Positions 6,785 to 15,614 of a stretch of DNA of 37,105 nucleotides are shown here, in pieces. The DNA comes from Rikenellaceae bacterium (GTDB taxonomy: Bacteria > Bacteroidota > Bacteroidia > Bacteroidales > UBA932), in contig CAAFZB010000006.1 in NCBI GenBank assembly GCA_900767405.1, positions 1 to 37,105 of the forward strand. Direction: 5' to 3'. Below the pieces are notes generated by a model. The model did not search any database. It was not told where the DNA came from and worked only from the letters and a program-made list of their open reading frames with translations. The translations under genes and the position numbers were made by a program. Positions within the stretch are counted from its first letter, which is position 1; each line of letters begins with the position of its first letter.

Positions 6785-8830
6785 TTAATAAACCATAATT
6801 TCGTCAAGGAAGAAATATCCGTAAAACTTATCCCGCTCTGTCCTGAACCTGATATATCTGGCAGTGACGCTCGGGAACTCGGCCGTCAATCTTGGGAAGC
6901 TTACGGCATTGCCCCGTTCCTGTGGAATCACCACTTTCCTGAAATTGGCCTTTCCCTCGGGCCCGTTATAAGGCTCGCGATGCCATCTACCACCTTCCAC
7001 TTTCTCGTGGGACGGCTTGGTCCCTATGCTGGAAACGGTGGTGAAATTGATTCCGTCCTCAGAAACCTGGAACTCTGCGTATTCGGGCACGTCCATATCG
7101 CGCATCTTGCGGTAGAACTCGGCCTCGATCCTGTGAATCTCCCTTGGGTGCCCCAGGTCAACGGTAACGTCGAAGTTCCCGGTAGTTCCCTGCCAGCGGT
7201 CATCCCTGTAGCTCCATCCGCCTTTGATGCCGTCTGTAAGGGTAGCTTCCTTTGCGGCGGGATAACCATTGCTCCATTTGCATCCGTCATTGTATATGAC
7301 CTTGCATCCTCTTGCGAGATGCTCTTCCAATTTGTCGAAGCCTTCTCTGTTTCCCGCCTCCGAAGCCAGGTCAAAGGAATGATATCCCTTCCTGTGCATC
7401 TGGGCGTTGAGGTCCAGGGCTCTTTCGCGGAATTTCCCGTAGCCGTCCTTGTGCTCTGGTCTGGTCCATCCTATCTCGGCTATGGCAAGACCGCGGGGCC
7501 AGTACATATATTCGGCATATTCGTCAGATACTATATACTCTGCCCACAGGTTGGCCTGGACTCCGGTTATGTGCGATGGGTCGGCAATTCCGTCGGTGGG
7601 ATTGTAACTGTATATCTTTTCCAGCGGCAGATATACCCCGTAGGCTGCAGGTTCTTTGTCGGGTTTGTCCTGGGCGGCGTCTATGTAACAGAATTTGCCG
7701 GGGGTCATAATTGCATCGTGTCCCAGTTCGGTCGCCTTGTTGCCTCCATCGATGCCTCTCCAGGACATTACGGTAGCGTTGGGGGCAAGTCCTCCCTCCA
7801 GGATTTCGTCCCAGCCTATGATATGCCTTCCGTGGCTCTCGAGATATTTCTCGATTCTTTTTATGGTATAGCTCTGCAGCTCGTCCTCATCCTTCAAACC
7901 TTCGTCTTGGATACGTTTCCGGCAGTCCGGGCAGGTCTTCCAGGCCTTCTTGCTGGTCTCGTCCCCGCCAATGTGGATGTATGTAGATGGGAACAGCTCC
8001 ATAACCTCGTCCAGCACATTCTGCAGGAACTCGAAAGTGACCTCTTTTCCGGGACAGAGTGCGGAGTTTTCGTAGGGATGCCCGCTGCAGCTCACCTGAG
8101 GATAGACCGAGCACACTTCGTAGCTGTGCCCGGGAATCTCTATTTCCGGTACAACGGTGACGTGCCTCTGCGCCGCGTATGCAACAATCTCCCTTATGTC
8201 GTCTTTGGTGTAGAATCCTCCGAAGCCCTCTTCCTCGCTCGAGAAATGCCTTTCAGACCTTCTCCAGTCATTGCAGAACTGCTGCTGCCTCCAGGCTGCC
8301 TTACGGGTTAGAAGCGGATAGCTGTCAATCTGCAGTCTCCAGCCTTCGGCGTCGGTAAGATGCATATGAAGCCGGTTGAGCTTGACCGCTGCCATTGCGT
8401 CTATATGTTTGAGTATGAACTCTTTGCTACGGAAATGCCGGGACGCGTCAAGCATCAGTCCACGGTAGGGGAAGCGTGGTTCGTCCTTTATCGTGCAGCA
8501 GTCCACCGTCCAGTCGGCAGTCTCTACGTCTGCAAACATGTTCCCGCTCATCTGGCCCAGGGTCTGCCTGGCGTAGAAAACTCCGGCGGAACCGGATGCT
8601 TCTATCGTAACCGCTTTCGGTGTAATCTTGAGGATGTAGCCTTCGGGGGCAACGTTTCCATTGTATCTGACGTTCAGAAGGTCGTTGCTTTTATGGTGAT
8701 GGACTCCTCTGGTGGCTTTGATTGACTGAGGCCTTGGAATAACCCTTTCATAGGTCTGACCCCAGACAGATGCCGGTGACAGTATTATCGCTGCCAGGCA
8801 GGCGATTATGCAGACAGTTTTACGTTTCAT
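6785..8830 (-). CDS. Beta-N-acetylhexosaminidase (GH20) with a C-terminal F5/8-type (CBM32-like) domain
   Basis: Signal peptide, PRFPYRGLMLDASRHF, PEIEIPGH, catalytic HIGGDE, IIGWDE, QANLWAE; C-terminal LTDG...VDLG...ARYIRF...FLDEI. Confidence 0.93.
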   Translation of the reverse strand: MKRKTVCIIACLAAIILSPASVWGQTYERVIPRPQSIKATRGVHHHKSNDLLNVRYNGNVAPEGYILKITPKAVTIEASGSAGVFYARQTLGQMSGNMFADVETADWTVDCCTIKDEPRFPYRGLMLDASRHFRSKEFILKHIDAMAAVKLNRLHMHLTDAEGWRLQIDSYPLLTRKAAWRQQQFCNDWRRSERHFSSEEEGFGGFYTKDDIREIVAYAAQRHVTVVPEIEIPGHSYEVCSVYPQVSCSGHPYENSALCPGKEVTFEFLQNVLDEVMELFPSTYIHIGGDETSKKAWKTCPDCRKRIQDEGLKDEDELQSYTIKRIEKYLESHGRHIIGWDEILEGGLAPNATVMSWRGIDGGNKATELGHDAIMTPGKFCYIDAAQDKPDKEPAAYGVYLPLEKIYSYNPTDGIADPSHITGVQANLWAEYIVSDEYAEYMYWPRGLAIAEIGWTRPEHKDGYGKFRERALDLNAQMHRKGYHSFDLASEAGNREGFDKLEEHLARGCKVIYNDGCKWSNGYPAAKEATLTDGIKGGWSYRDDRWQGTTGNFDVTVDLGHPREIHRIEAEFYRKMRDMDVPEYAEFQVSEDGINFTTVSSIGTKPSHEKVEGGRWHREPYNGPEGKANFRKVVIPQERGNAVSFPRLTAEFPSVTARYIRFRTERDKFYGYFFLDEIMVY

Positions 8831-8833
8831 AAT

Positions 8834-8866
8834 TACAAATATACTTTTTATTTCGTTATATTTGTA
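8834..8866. promoter_or_regulatory. Back-to-back pair of -7 boxes driving GH20 (-) and DJ-1 (+)
   Basis: Perfect 10-bp inverted repeat TACAAATATA (8834-8843) / TATATTTGTA (8857-8866); each arm contains TATATTTG. Confidence 0.65.
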
Positions 8867-8871
8867 CTGTT

Positions 8872-9453
8872 ATGAAAGGTGTAAACATATTTTTGGCAGA
8901 CGGCTTCGAAGATTGCGAAGCTCTGGCGGTGAACGACGTTCTGCGCCGCGGTGGGGTCGGGTGTTCTCTGGTCAGTGTAAACGGGACGCAGTTCGTTACG
9001 TCCTCCCACGGAGTGACGGTCAGGACCGACAGCGTATTCGATCCCCGGCACTGCTGCCCATCGGCCTGCGAAGGCCCCTGCGAAAAGGATTTTATGATCT
9101 TCCCCGGAGGAATGCCGGGAAGCCGGAATCTGGCAGGATGCCAGCCCCTGATGGATAAGATGAAGGAGCATTATGAAAAAGGCGGAAGCGTGGCTGCGAT
9201 ATGCGCCGCTCCCGGCCTGGTGCTGAGCCAGCTGCCAGACCTTGACGGAGTTCATTTCACCTGCTTCGACGGGTTCCAGGAACCCCTCCTTGCCAAGGGG
9301 GCCGTATTCGAGGAACAGCCTTCGGTCGTATGCGGCAGAATCATTACCGGACGCAGCGCCGGTCACGCCGTAAGTTTCGGCCTGGATATACTCTGCGCCA
9401 TCAAGGGCGAGGATGCCGCATCCAAAGTGGAATACGCAATGTATCTCATATAA
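8872..9453 (+). CDS. DJ-1/PfpI (YajL/ThiJ-like) family protein
   Basis: FLADGFEDCEAL, FPGGMPG, nucleophile elbow AAICAAP, IITGR. Confidence 0.9.
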   Translation: MKGVNIFLADGFEDCEALAVNDVLRRGGVGCSLVSVNGTQFVTSSHGVTVRTDSVFDPRHCCPSACEGPCEKDFMIFPGGMPGSRNLAGCQPLMDKMKEHYEKGGSVAAICAAPGLVLSQLPDLDGVHFTCFDGFQEPLLAKGAVFEEQPSVVCGRIITGRSAGHAVSFGLDILCAIKGEDAASKVEYAMYLI

Positions 9454-9833
9454 TGGACAGTGTACGAATAGACAAATATCTCTGGGCCATCAGAGTTTTC
9501 AAAACCCGCAGCGAAGCTACCGATGCCTGCAACGGCAACAAGGTGCAGATAAACGGTGTCAATTCCAAGGCCTCCAAGGCCGTGAAGACAGGGGATTCCA
9601 TCAAGGTGAGGAAAGGCACGGTGCTGTATGAATTCAAAGTGATTCAGCTTAGCGAAAACCGTATGGGAGCGTCGCTGGTGCCTGAATATGCTCAGAACCT
9701 CACTCCCGAGAGCGAACTTGCCAAACTTCACGCCCCGGTAGAGACTTTCTTTGTGAAAAGGGACCGTGGCTCAGGCCGGCCTACCAAAAAGGAACGCAGG
9801 GAGCTAGACGCCCTGTGGGACGAATTTGAATGA
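9453..9833 (+). CDS. hslR: Ribosome-associated heat-shock protein Hsp15 (S4 domain)
   Basis: From ATG 9453 (TAATG overlap): VRIDKYLWAIRVFKTRS...GSGRPTKKERRELD. Confidence 0.9.
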   Translation: MDSVRIDKYLWAIRVFKTRSEATDACNGNKVQINGVNSKASKAVKTGDSIKVRKGTVLYEFKVIQLSENRMGASLVPEYAQNLTPESELAKLHAPVETFFVKRDRGSGRPTKKERRELDALWDEFE

Positions 9834-10864
9834 TGAATATGGAAGAAGAGAAGAAATTATACCCTGCGCACCTGTGCACCATACTCGACGAGCGCTCCTG
9901 GGGCAGCGAGGAATTCAAGCTCGCAGACCTCGGCTACCGGGACTCCCTTCTGAGGGACGGATGGCTTGCCGGCAACTCCATAAGCGAGATTATGGACACC
10001 TATCTCGACAGAGTGGTAGGGGAGAAGGTTTACGAATATTTCGGAAGGCAGTTTCCCTTCCAGGTCAAATACATAAGCTGCCGGACGGAATCTCCTCTTC
10101 AGGTGCATCCCGGCGACACGACAGCCGCGCAGCGCTATGACTTCCTTGGAAAGGAAAAGCTTTGGGTCGTTCTCAAGGCCGGTAGGGGAGCAACGGCGTT
10201 CCTGGGGTTCCGCAAACCGACCGATGCGGCCTGCTTTCTGGCAAAATGTGAGGACGGCAGCGTCGAAGATCTGCTCAACGGAATCGCTCTTTATCCGGGG
10301 CAATGCCTCGTTGTTCCGTCCGGAACCGTAAACTGCCTCAAAGGCGAGGTGCTGGTAGCTGAGGTGAGCGAGTCTTCCCCGATGGATTTCTGCCTCACCT
10401 CCTGGGGACAGGAGCTCGGGGAGGATGAATTCGACCCTGAGTTCAATCTTGTCGAGGCCCTTGATTTCATAGATTACGGCCCCTATCGCGCTGCCTCCCC
10501 GGATTCGGGCAAGCCCGATGGGATTGTCGAGCATCTGGCCAGCCTGCCTCAGTTCTCGGTAAACCGTCTGAGTCTGAAAGATCCCATCCGCATATATACC
10601 GAGAAGTTCAATTCCTGCCTGGTATACAATTGCCTGAACGGAGAAGCCTCCGTGCAGATGGAAGTTCTCGGGCAGAAGACGAACACCGTCCTCAAGGAGG
10701 GGGAGACGGTGCTTGTCCCGGCCGAAGTGCCCGAATTCTCGCTTGTCCCCCTGAAAGAAAAAACCGTTCTTCTGGAGATTTATTTCGAGGCGCGGGAAGG
10801 GGAGGATTCATATATCAACCCGGCTGCGGCACCCTCCCTTCCGGAAGATGAAGACAACCAGTAA
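9830..10864 (+). CDS. Class I mannose-6-phosphate-isomerase-like cupin protein, probably catalytically degenerate
   Basis: LYP...WG, FG.QFP, LQVHP and the overall ManA layout, but GKEKLW and PSGTVNC replace the usual GKTE.W and PAG.VH. Confidence 0.75.
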   Translation: MMNMEEEKKLYPAHLCTILDERSWGSEEFKLADLGYRDSLLRDGWLAGNSISEIMDTYLDRVVGEKVYEYFGRQFPFQVKYISCRTESPLQVHPGDTTAAQRYDFLGKEKLWVVLKAGRGATAFLGFRKPTDAACFLAKCEDGSVEDLLNGIALYPGQCLVVPSGTVNCLKGEVLVAEVSESSPMDFCLTSWGQELGEDEFDPEFNLVEALDFIDYGPYRAASPDSGKPDGIVEHLASLPQFSVNRLSLKDPIRIYTEKFNSCLVYNCLNGEASVQMEVLGQKTNTVLKEGETVLVPAEVPEFSLVPLKEKTVLLEIYFEAREGEDSYINPAAAPSLPEDEDNQ

Positions 10865-10879
10865 AAAAACATTCACGAT

Positions 10880-12001
10880 ATGACCCAAAGCTGTTCCAAC
10901 AGGCTTGAACTCAGCCTCCCCAACTGCTTGCACAATTATAATCACTACCGTTCTCTCATAGAACCCACCACAAAGCTGCTTGTCCTTGTAAAGGCAAACG
11001 CCTATGGCGCCGGGGCCGTGGAATTCAGCCGGGTACTGGAAAGGGCCGGTGCAGACTATTTTGCCGTAGCCACTACAGGAGAAGGAGTAGAACTGCGCCA
11101 GGCCGGCATTATGCTGCCTATTCTAGTGCTCAATCCCGGAATAGACTCGTTTGACGAAATACTGGCCTACAAGCTTGAACCGGCGCTGCCCGACATCGAA
11201 TCCATCAAGCTTATGGCCGACAAGGTCTCGCATTCCCGGCTGAAAAGCTATCCGGTTCACATTGCACTGGATACCGGAATGCACCGTTTGGGCTTTATGA
11301 GTGCAGAAATCGACGAACTGCTGGCCTGTCTGGCCACATTACCCCAAATCAAGGTCAAATCCATCTATACCCATCTTTGCGTCGCCGACAGCCTCAGAGA
11401 GTCCGACAACAGGTATACGCTCGATCAGCTCGAGCTCTTCAAGAGGAATGCCGGCATAATAGACAAGGCCCTTGGCTATCATCCTATATGGCATGCTCTG
11501 AATACCGCAGGAATAGAAAGATATCCCCAGTATCAGTTCGATATGGTAAGGCTCGGCCTGGGTGTCTATGGAGTGGACCCTGTGCCCGACAGTACCAGAG
11601 ACCTTAAACCTGTGGCTTCCCTCAAGGTGGAAGTCCTTCAGGTAAAGGAACTCAAACCCGGCGAGGGGGAGATAGGTTACGGAAGGCACGGCAAGATTGC
11701 TCCCGGAGGAACGAAGATAGCCACAATAAGAATAGGCTATGCCGACGGTATCAACAGGCACCTGGGGCAGGGCCGGGCTTCATTCCTGGTTAACGGAAAA
11801 AGAGCCAGGACCATTGGAAATATCTGTATGGATGCCTGTATGCTGGACGTGACCGGAATAGACGTAAAGGCCGGAGACGAGGTGACCATCTTCGGAGAAA
11901 ACCCTACCGTTTCCGAACTGGCCGGGATTCTCGATACGATTCCCTACGAAATAATAACTTCGGTTCCCCGCCGTATCCCCAGGGTAATAGTAGACCGCTG
12001 A
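10880..12001 (+). CDS. alr: Alanine racemase
   Basis: PLP lysine VKANAYG, HIALDTGMHRLG, IGYG catalytic Tyr, IGYADG, GNICMD, TIPYE. Confidence 0.95.
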   Translation: MTQSCSNRLELSLPNCLHNYNHYRSLIEPTTKLLVLVKANAYGAGAVEFSRVLERAGADYFAVATTGEGVELRQAGIMLPILVLNPGIDSFDEILAYKLEPALPDIESIKLMADKVSHSRLKSYPVHIALDTGMHRLGFMSAEIDELLACLATLPQIKVKSIYTHLCVADSLRESDNRYTLDQLELFKRNAGIIDKALGYHPIWHALNTAGIERYPQYQFDMVRLGLGVYGVDPVPDSTRDLKPVASLKVEVLQVKELKPGEGEIGYGRHGKIAPGGTKIATIRIGYADGINRHLGQGRASFLVNGKRARTIGNICMDACMLDVTGIDVKAGDEVTIFGENPTVSELAGILDTIPYEIITSVPRRIPRVIVDR

Positions 12002-12005
12002 CAAT

Positions 12006-12027
12006 CCGGCTGCCGTAAGGTAACCGG
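12006..12027. terminator. Hairpin between convergent alr and lolA
   Basis: CCGGCTGCC-gtaa-GGTAACCGG imperfect stem with a GNRA loop; no clear U-tract. Confidence 0.3.
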
Positions 12028-12055
12028 GTATGTGTGGTATGTAAGGGAGAATTCC

Positions 12056-12574
12056 TTACCTGAGGTCTGTGATGACCCAGGGCAGGGTATAGTCCGAACT
12101 GTTGAAGCAGAATCCCGACAAATCCTTCAAAGGCTCGCTGCAGACTATGTTCTTAAGCGTGAACTGAATCTTTATGCCGCCTGTTTTTCCTGTCTTCAGG
12201 ACTCCGCTGATGGAATTCCCGTTCGAATTCAGGGAACTTATGGAATTCTTGATATGGTCGGGATTTGAAAGATATCCGAGCAGCAGCCCGCCAGGTTCTA
12301 TGTAGACCTCCTGGCCTATGCTGTCAATTGTCCACTGCGTGGTCCCGTCACATATTATCTTCACTCCACCCATCGTCACGCAATAGAAATTTCCCTGGAG
12401 TTCCAGACAGCCGTCGGTCCTCAATTTCGAATTCCCGTTCTGGCAGAAGGAGAAGTCAAGACAGATTCTGTCGCCTTGGCTTATATGCCGCAGCAGCTCG
12501 TCTATCTTGTCCTGCTGGGCAAAGACTCCGCAGCAGATGCACAGACCCAGTGCAAAAGAAATCAATTTTTTCAT
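12056..12574 (-). CDS. lolA: LolA-like outer-membrane lipoprotein carrier (short form)
   Basis: Signal peptide, G.LELQGN.Y, ICDGTTQWTID...EVYIE, W.ITDLR end; directly downstream of ftsK, the usual synteny. Confidence 0.7.
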   Translation of the reverse strand: MKKLISFALGLCICCGVFAQQDKIDELLRHISQGDRICLDFSFCQNGNSKLRTDGCLELQGNFYCVTMGGVKIICDGTTQWTIDSIGQEVYIEPGGLLLGYLSNPDHIKNSISSLNSNGNSISGVLKTGKTGGIKIQFTLKNIVCSEPLKDLSGFCFNSSDYTLPWVITDLR

Positions 12575-14970
12575 TTTCCGTATCTTGCGAGGATCTCTTC
12601 CAGAGCTTCAAGGTCACTTACGAGCACTGCGCGGGTCTTGGTTCCATCCTGGGGTCCTACAATCCCGGCAGCCTCCAACTGGTCCATCACACGACCTGCT
12701 TTTGCATAACCCATACCAAGTTTTCTCTGAAGGTCGGACGTAGAACCTTTCTGGTTGGTGACCACCACTCTGGCAGCCTCGGCGAAACGTTCGTCGACAT
12801 CGGTCATATCCACATTGCCGGATGCGGTGTCGCCGACTGCATCTGCGGCCTCGGGCAGATAATAAGGCCCGTTGTAGGATTTGCCGTAGCCTTTCTGCTC
12901 ACCTATGAATTCGGTGACTGCGTCTATCTCCTTCCCGCTTACGTAGCCGCACTGTATGCGCTCGGTGTCTATTCCGGCAGAGAACAGCATATCTCCGTTG
13001 CCTATCAGCTTCTCGGCTCCCGGTGCATCCAGGATAGTCTGGGAATCGGTTCTCGATGCGGTTCTGAAGGCGATTCTCATAGGGAAGTTGCTCTTTATAA
13101 GACCGGATATGACGTCTACCGAGGGGCGCTGTGTGGCAAGAATAACGTGAATTCCGGCGGCACGTCCCTTCTGGGCCAGACGGATGATGGAGTTGGTGAT
13201 GCTTCTTGACGCCGCTTTTGCCTCGGGAGAAGCCCCCGTGGTCATTGTGAGGTCGGCATACTCATCCACGACGACAACCAGATAGGGGAGGAACTTGTGA
13301 CCGTGGTCGGGCCTCAGCTTGCGCTCCTTGTATTTCTCGTTGTAAAGCTTGATGTTGTTGACACCCGCCTCGGAAAGCTTTGTATACCGTTCGTCCATTT
13401 CTATGCACAGAGAACGCAGAATCTTTTCTGCACGCTTGGGGGTCTTGACTATTACATTGGCAAGTTCCTCTTTCTCGCTGTCGTCGGGCAATGCGGCCAG
13501 ATAGTGGTTCAGAAGCTTGTTGTATGCGCTGAATTCCACCATCTTTGGGTCTATGAACACAAACTTGAGTTCAGACGGATGGCAGGAGTAAAGCAGGGAA
13601 CTTACTATCACGTTGAGGCCTACGGATTTTCCCTGTTTTGTGGCACCCGCAACCAGCAGGTGGGGAGCGTCCGCCAAGTCGAAAACCTTTACTTTCTGGG
13701 TAATGGTATATCCAATTGCAATAGGCAGGCATGCCTTGCTTTCACGGAAAGAACTGTCGTTGAGCAGCGCCTTGAGCGGAACCATACTTGCAATGTCGTT
13801 GGCTACTTCTATTCCTACGGAATCCGACAGGGTGACCACTCTCACGCCCTTTGCTCCGAGAGAAATCGCTATGTCCTCCTGGAGCTGCTTGATGGCAGAT
13901 ATCTTGACTCCGGGTGCCGGGTATGTCTTGTACAGGGTCACGGTAGGTCCGACAATCGCCTGAACGTCGGACAATTGAATCTTGTAGTTGCCCAGGACTG
14001 CACGAATCTTATTGTTGTTGCGCTTTATCTCATCGTCGCTGACAATATGCTTGGAGCTGGAATGTGCTTCCAGCAGGGTGAGTGGCGGTGATTTGTATTT
14101 GGGAAGTCCGTCCGGCGGGTCCAGCCTGTTGTCTATGGGAGGAAGGTTCCTGATATCTTCTGCATCCAGATTGTCCGTCTTGACTATTTCCAGATTCCCT
14201 TCTGTCTGAACCGGCTCAACCGCAACTGTTTCAGTGACGGGCTCCAGAGGTACGTCGGATTCTATGGGTTCCTCCTCCATAACCGGCTCGGGCAAGTCTT
14301 CATCCAGAGGGCTTTCAGGAATTTCAGGATTCTCCGGGATTTCGGACCCTTCCGGAGTCTCCGGTTCTTTGGATTCCTCCGCCATTTCCTCATCGATCAG
14401 TTTCTTGATATCCTGTTCGGATGCCCCTCCGGCCTGTATCCTGACAGGCCAGATATAACTGAAACAAAGGAAAAGGAAACACGCCGCCAGCAGCATTATC
14501 GCAAGCCCGGTAACAGCCGGCCCCATAAGGTTTTCGCATACAGATACGGCGTATGAACCGCAACGTCCGCCCCAACCTCCGGCAAGCAGGTCCTCGTTGC
14601 CCTGCAGGCGGCCCAGATAAGATGCCGAAACACTCGTGAGCACCGAAGCTCCCAGAATGGCGACAGTTATCTTGAGGAACCCGGCCTTGAATTTGCCGAA
14701 TATGAGCCGAATACTCACAAGGGCCAGGATTGCAAACAGTACGAAACTGCCTACACCTAGAGCCTGTCCCACCATAACGGTGGCAAACTGGTGACCCAGC
14801 AGCCCGGCGGCGTTGTCAACCGAGAAGCCGCTGTCAAAGACAGCCCACCCCGAAGCGCAACTCATGTCCTCCTTCCAGTGAATCAGAAAAGATATGCAGG
14901 AAAGGAATGCAAAGACGGTGAAAGTCGCAATGAGCACTCCTGTCAGTATCCGAATGATTCTTTGTCGCAT
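12571..14970 (-). CDS. ftsK: DNA translocase FtsK
   Basis: N-terminal TM helices, acidic/Pro linker, PHLLVAGATKQGKS, IDPKMVE, VDEYADL, LATQRPS, C-terminal gamma winged helix. Confidence 0.96.
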   Translation of the reverse strand: MRQRIIRILTGVLIATFTVFAFLSCISFLIHWKEDMSCASGWAVFDSGFSVDNAAGLLGHQFATVMVGQALGVGSFVLFAILALVSIRLIFGKFKAGFLKITVAILGASVLTSVSASYLGRLQGNEDLLAGGWGGRCGSYAVSVCENLMGPAVTGLAIMLLAACFLFLCFSYIWPVRIQAGGASEQDIKKLIDEEMAEESKEPETPEGSEIPENPEIPESPLDEDLPEPVMEEEPIESDVPLEPVTETVAVEPVQTEGNLEIVKTDNLDAEDIRNLPPIDNRLDPPDGLPKYKSPPLTLLEAHSSSKHIVSDDEIKRNNNKIRAVLGNYKIQLSDVQAIVGPTVTLYKTYPAPGVKISAIKQLQEDIAISLGAKGVRVVTLSDSVGIEVANDIASMVPLKALLNDSSFRESKACLPIAIGYTITQKVKVFDLADAPHLLVAGATKQGKSVGLNVIVSSLLYSCHPSELKFVFIDPKMVEFSAYNKLLNHYLAALPDDSEKEELANVIVKTPKRAEKILRSLCIEMDERYTKLSEAGVNNIKLYNEKYKERKLRPDHGHKFLPYLVVVVDEYADLTMTTGASPEAKAASRSITNSIIRLAQKGRAAGIHVILATQRPSVDVISGLIKSNFPMRIAFRTASRTDSQTILDAPGAEKLIGNGDMLFSAGIDTERIQCGYVSGKEIDAVTEFIGEQKGYGKSYNGPYYLPEAADAVGDTASGNVDMTDVDERFAEAARVVVTNQKGSTSDLQRKLGMGYAKAGRVMDQLEAAGIVGPQDGTKTRAVLVSDLEALEEILARYGK
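14314..14367. repeat. Imperfect 9-bp tandem repeat (6 units) in the FtsK linker
   Basis: ttcaggaat ttcaggatt ctccgggat ttcggaccc ttccggagt ctccggttc, encoding EPE-TPE-GSE-IPE-NPE-IPE on the minus strand. Confidence 0.6.
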
Positions 14971-15614
14971 TACTGGGCCTTTTTCCTGTTTTGCTTATAT
15001 CCGTTCTTGCGCGAACGGGAATTCTTGCCTCTGTTGTTAATCCCTATGTTGGGGCGGGAGAAGTTTGCTTTCTCTGAAATCTTTGACAGACTGATCCCTT
15101 CCGGAACCTTGACTTTCCCGTTGGAAAGTTTCTCGATATCCTGGAAGATTGTAGTGTCGGCTACCGAATCCTTGTTCCAAATGAGATACTGCTGTCTCAT
15201 ATAGATTGCCAGGGAGCGGATAAGCTCAGTCTTGGTATCTCCGTCCTGCTCTTCGGCAATGAGGTCGATTATCTTTTCGATGTTGCGTCCATAGTGAGCC
15301 GCGCGTATCTTTGTCCCCTTCATTGGAATGGGTACGGGTTTCGTGTCGAAATCTTCGGGACTGGGACAAGGGTAAGGTGCATCTATGTCCAGGTCGAATC
15401 CGGAAATTATGTACAAGTGATCCCATAGCTTGTGCTCGTAATCCTCCTGGCTGTGAACCTGGGGGTTGAGTATTTCCATCACCTTCACTATGGCGCGGGC
15501 CTGCTCGTTCCGTTTTTCGCGGTCGTCGACAGACTTGAGCTGTTCGACCATCTTGAGGACATTGCGCCCGTATTCGGGCATCTTAAGTTTTTCTCTGGAT
15601 GTGTTGTAGTCCAT
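14970..15614 (-). CDS. DUF4290 domain protein
   Basis: MDYNT.REKL.MPEYGRNV, KLWDHL, HYGRNI, WNKDSV; basic Asn/Lys tail. Confidence 0.85.
   Translation of the reverse strand: MDYNTSREKLKMPEYGRNVLKMVEQLKSVDDREKRNEQARAIVKVMEILNPQVHSQEDYEHKLWDHLYIISGFDLDIDAPYPCPSPEDFDTKPVPIPMKGTKIRAAHYGRNIEKIIDLIAEEQDGDTKTELIRSLAIYMRQQYLIWNKDSVADTTIFQDIEKLSNGKVKVPEGISLSKISEKANFSRPNIGINNRGKNSRSRKNGYKQNRKKAQ

Noticed and set aside
6980..8311. 443-aa ORF antisense to GH20, and similar long shadow ORFs (2861..3694, 12265..13209, 13297..14091, 16932..17699, 34396..35067)
   Set aside because: They lie opposite well-supported genes, lack motifs, and are expected from codon bias at this GC content.
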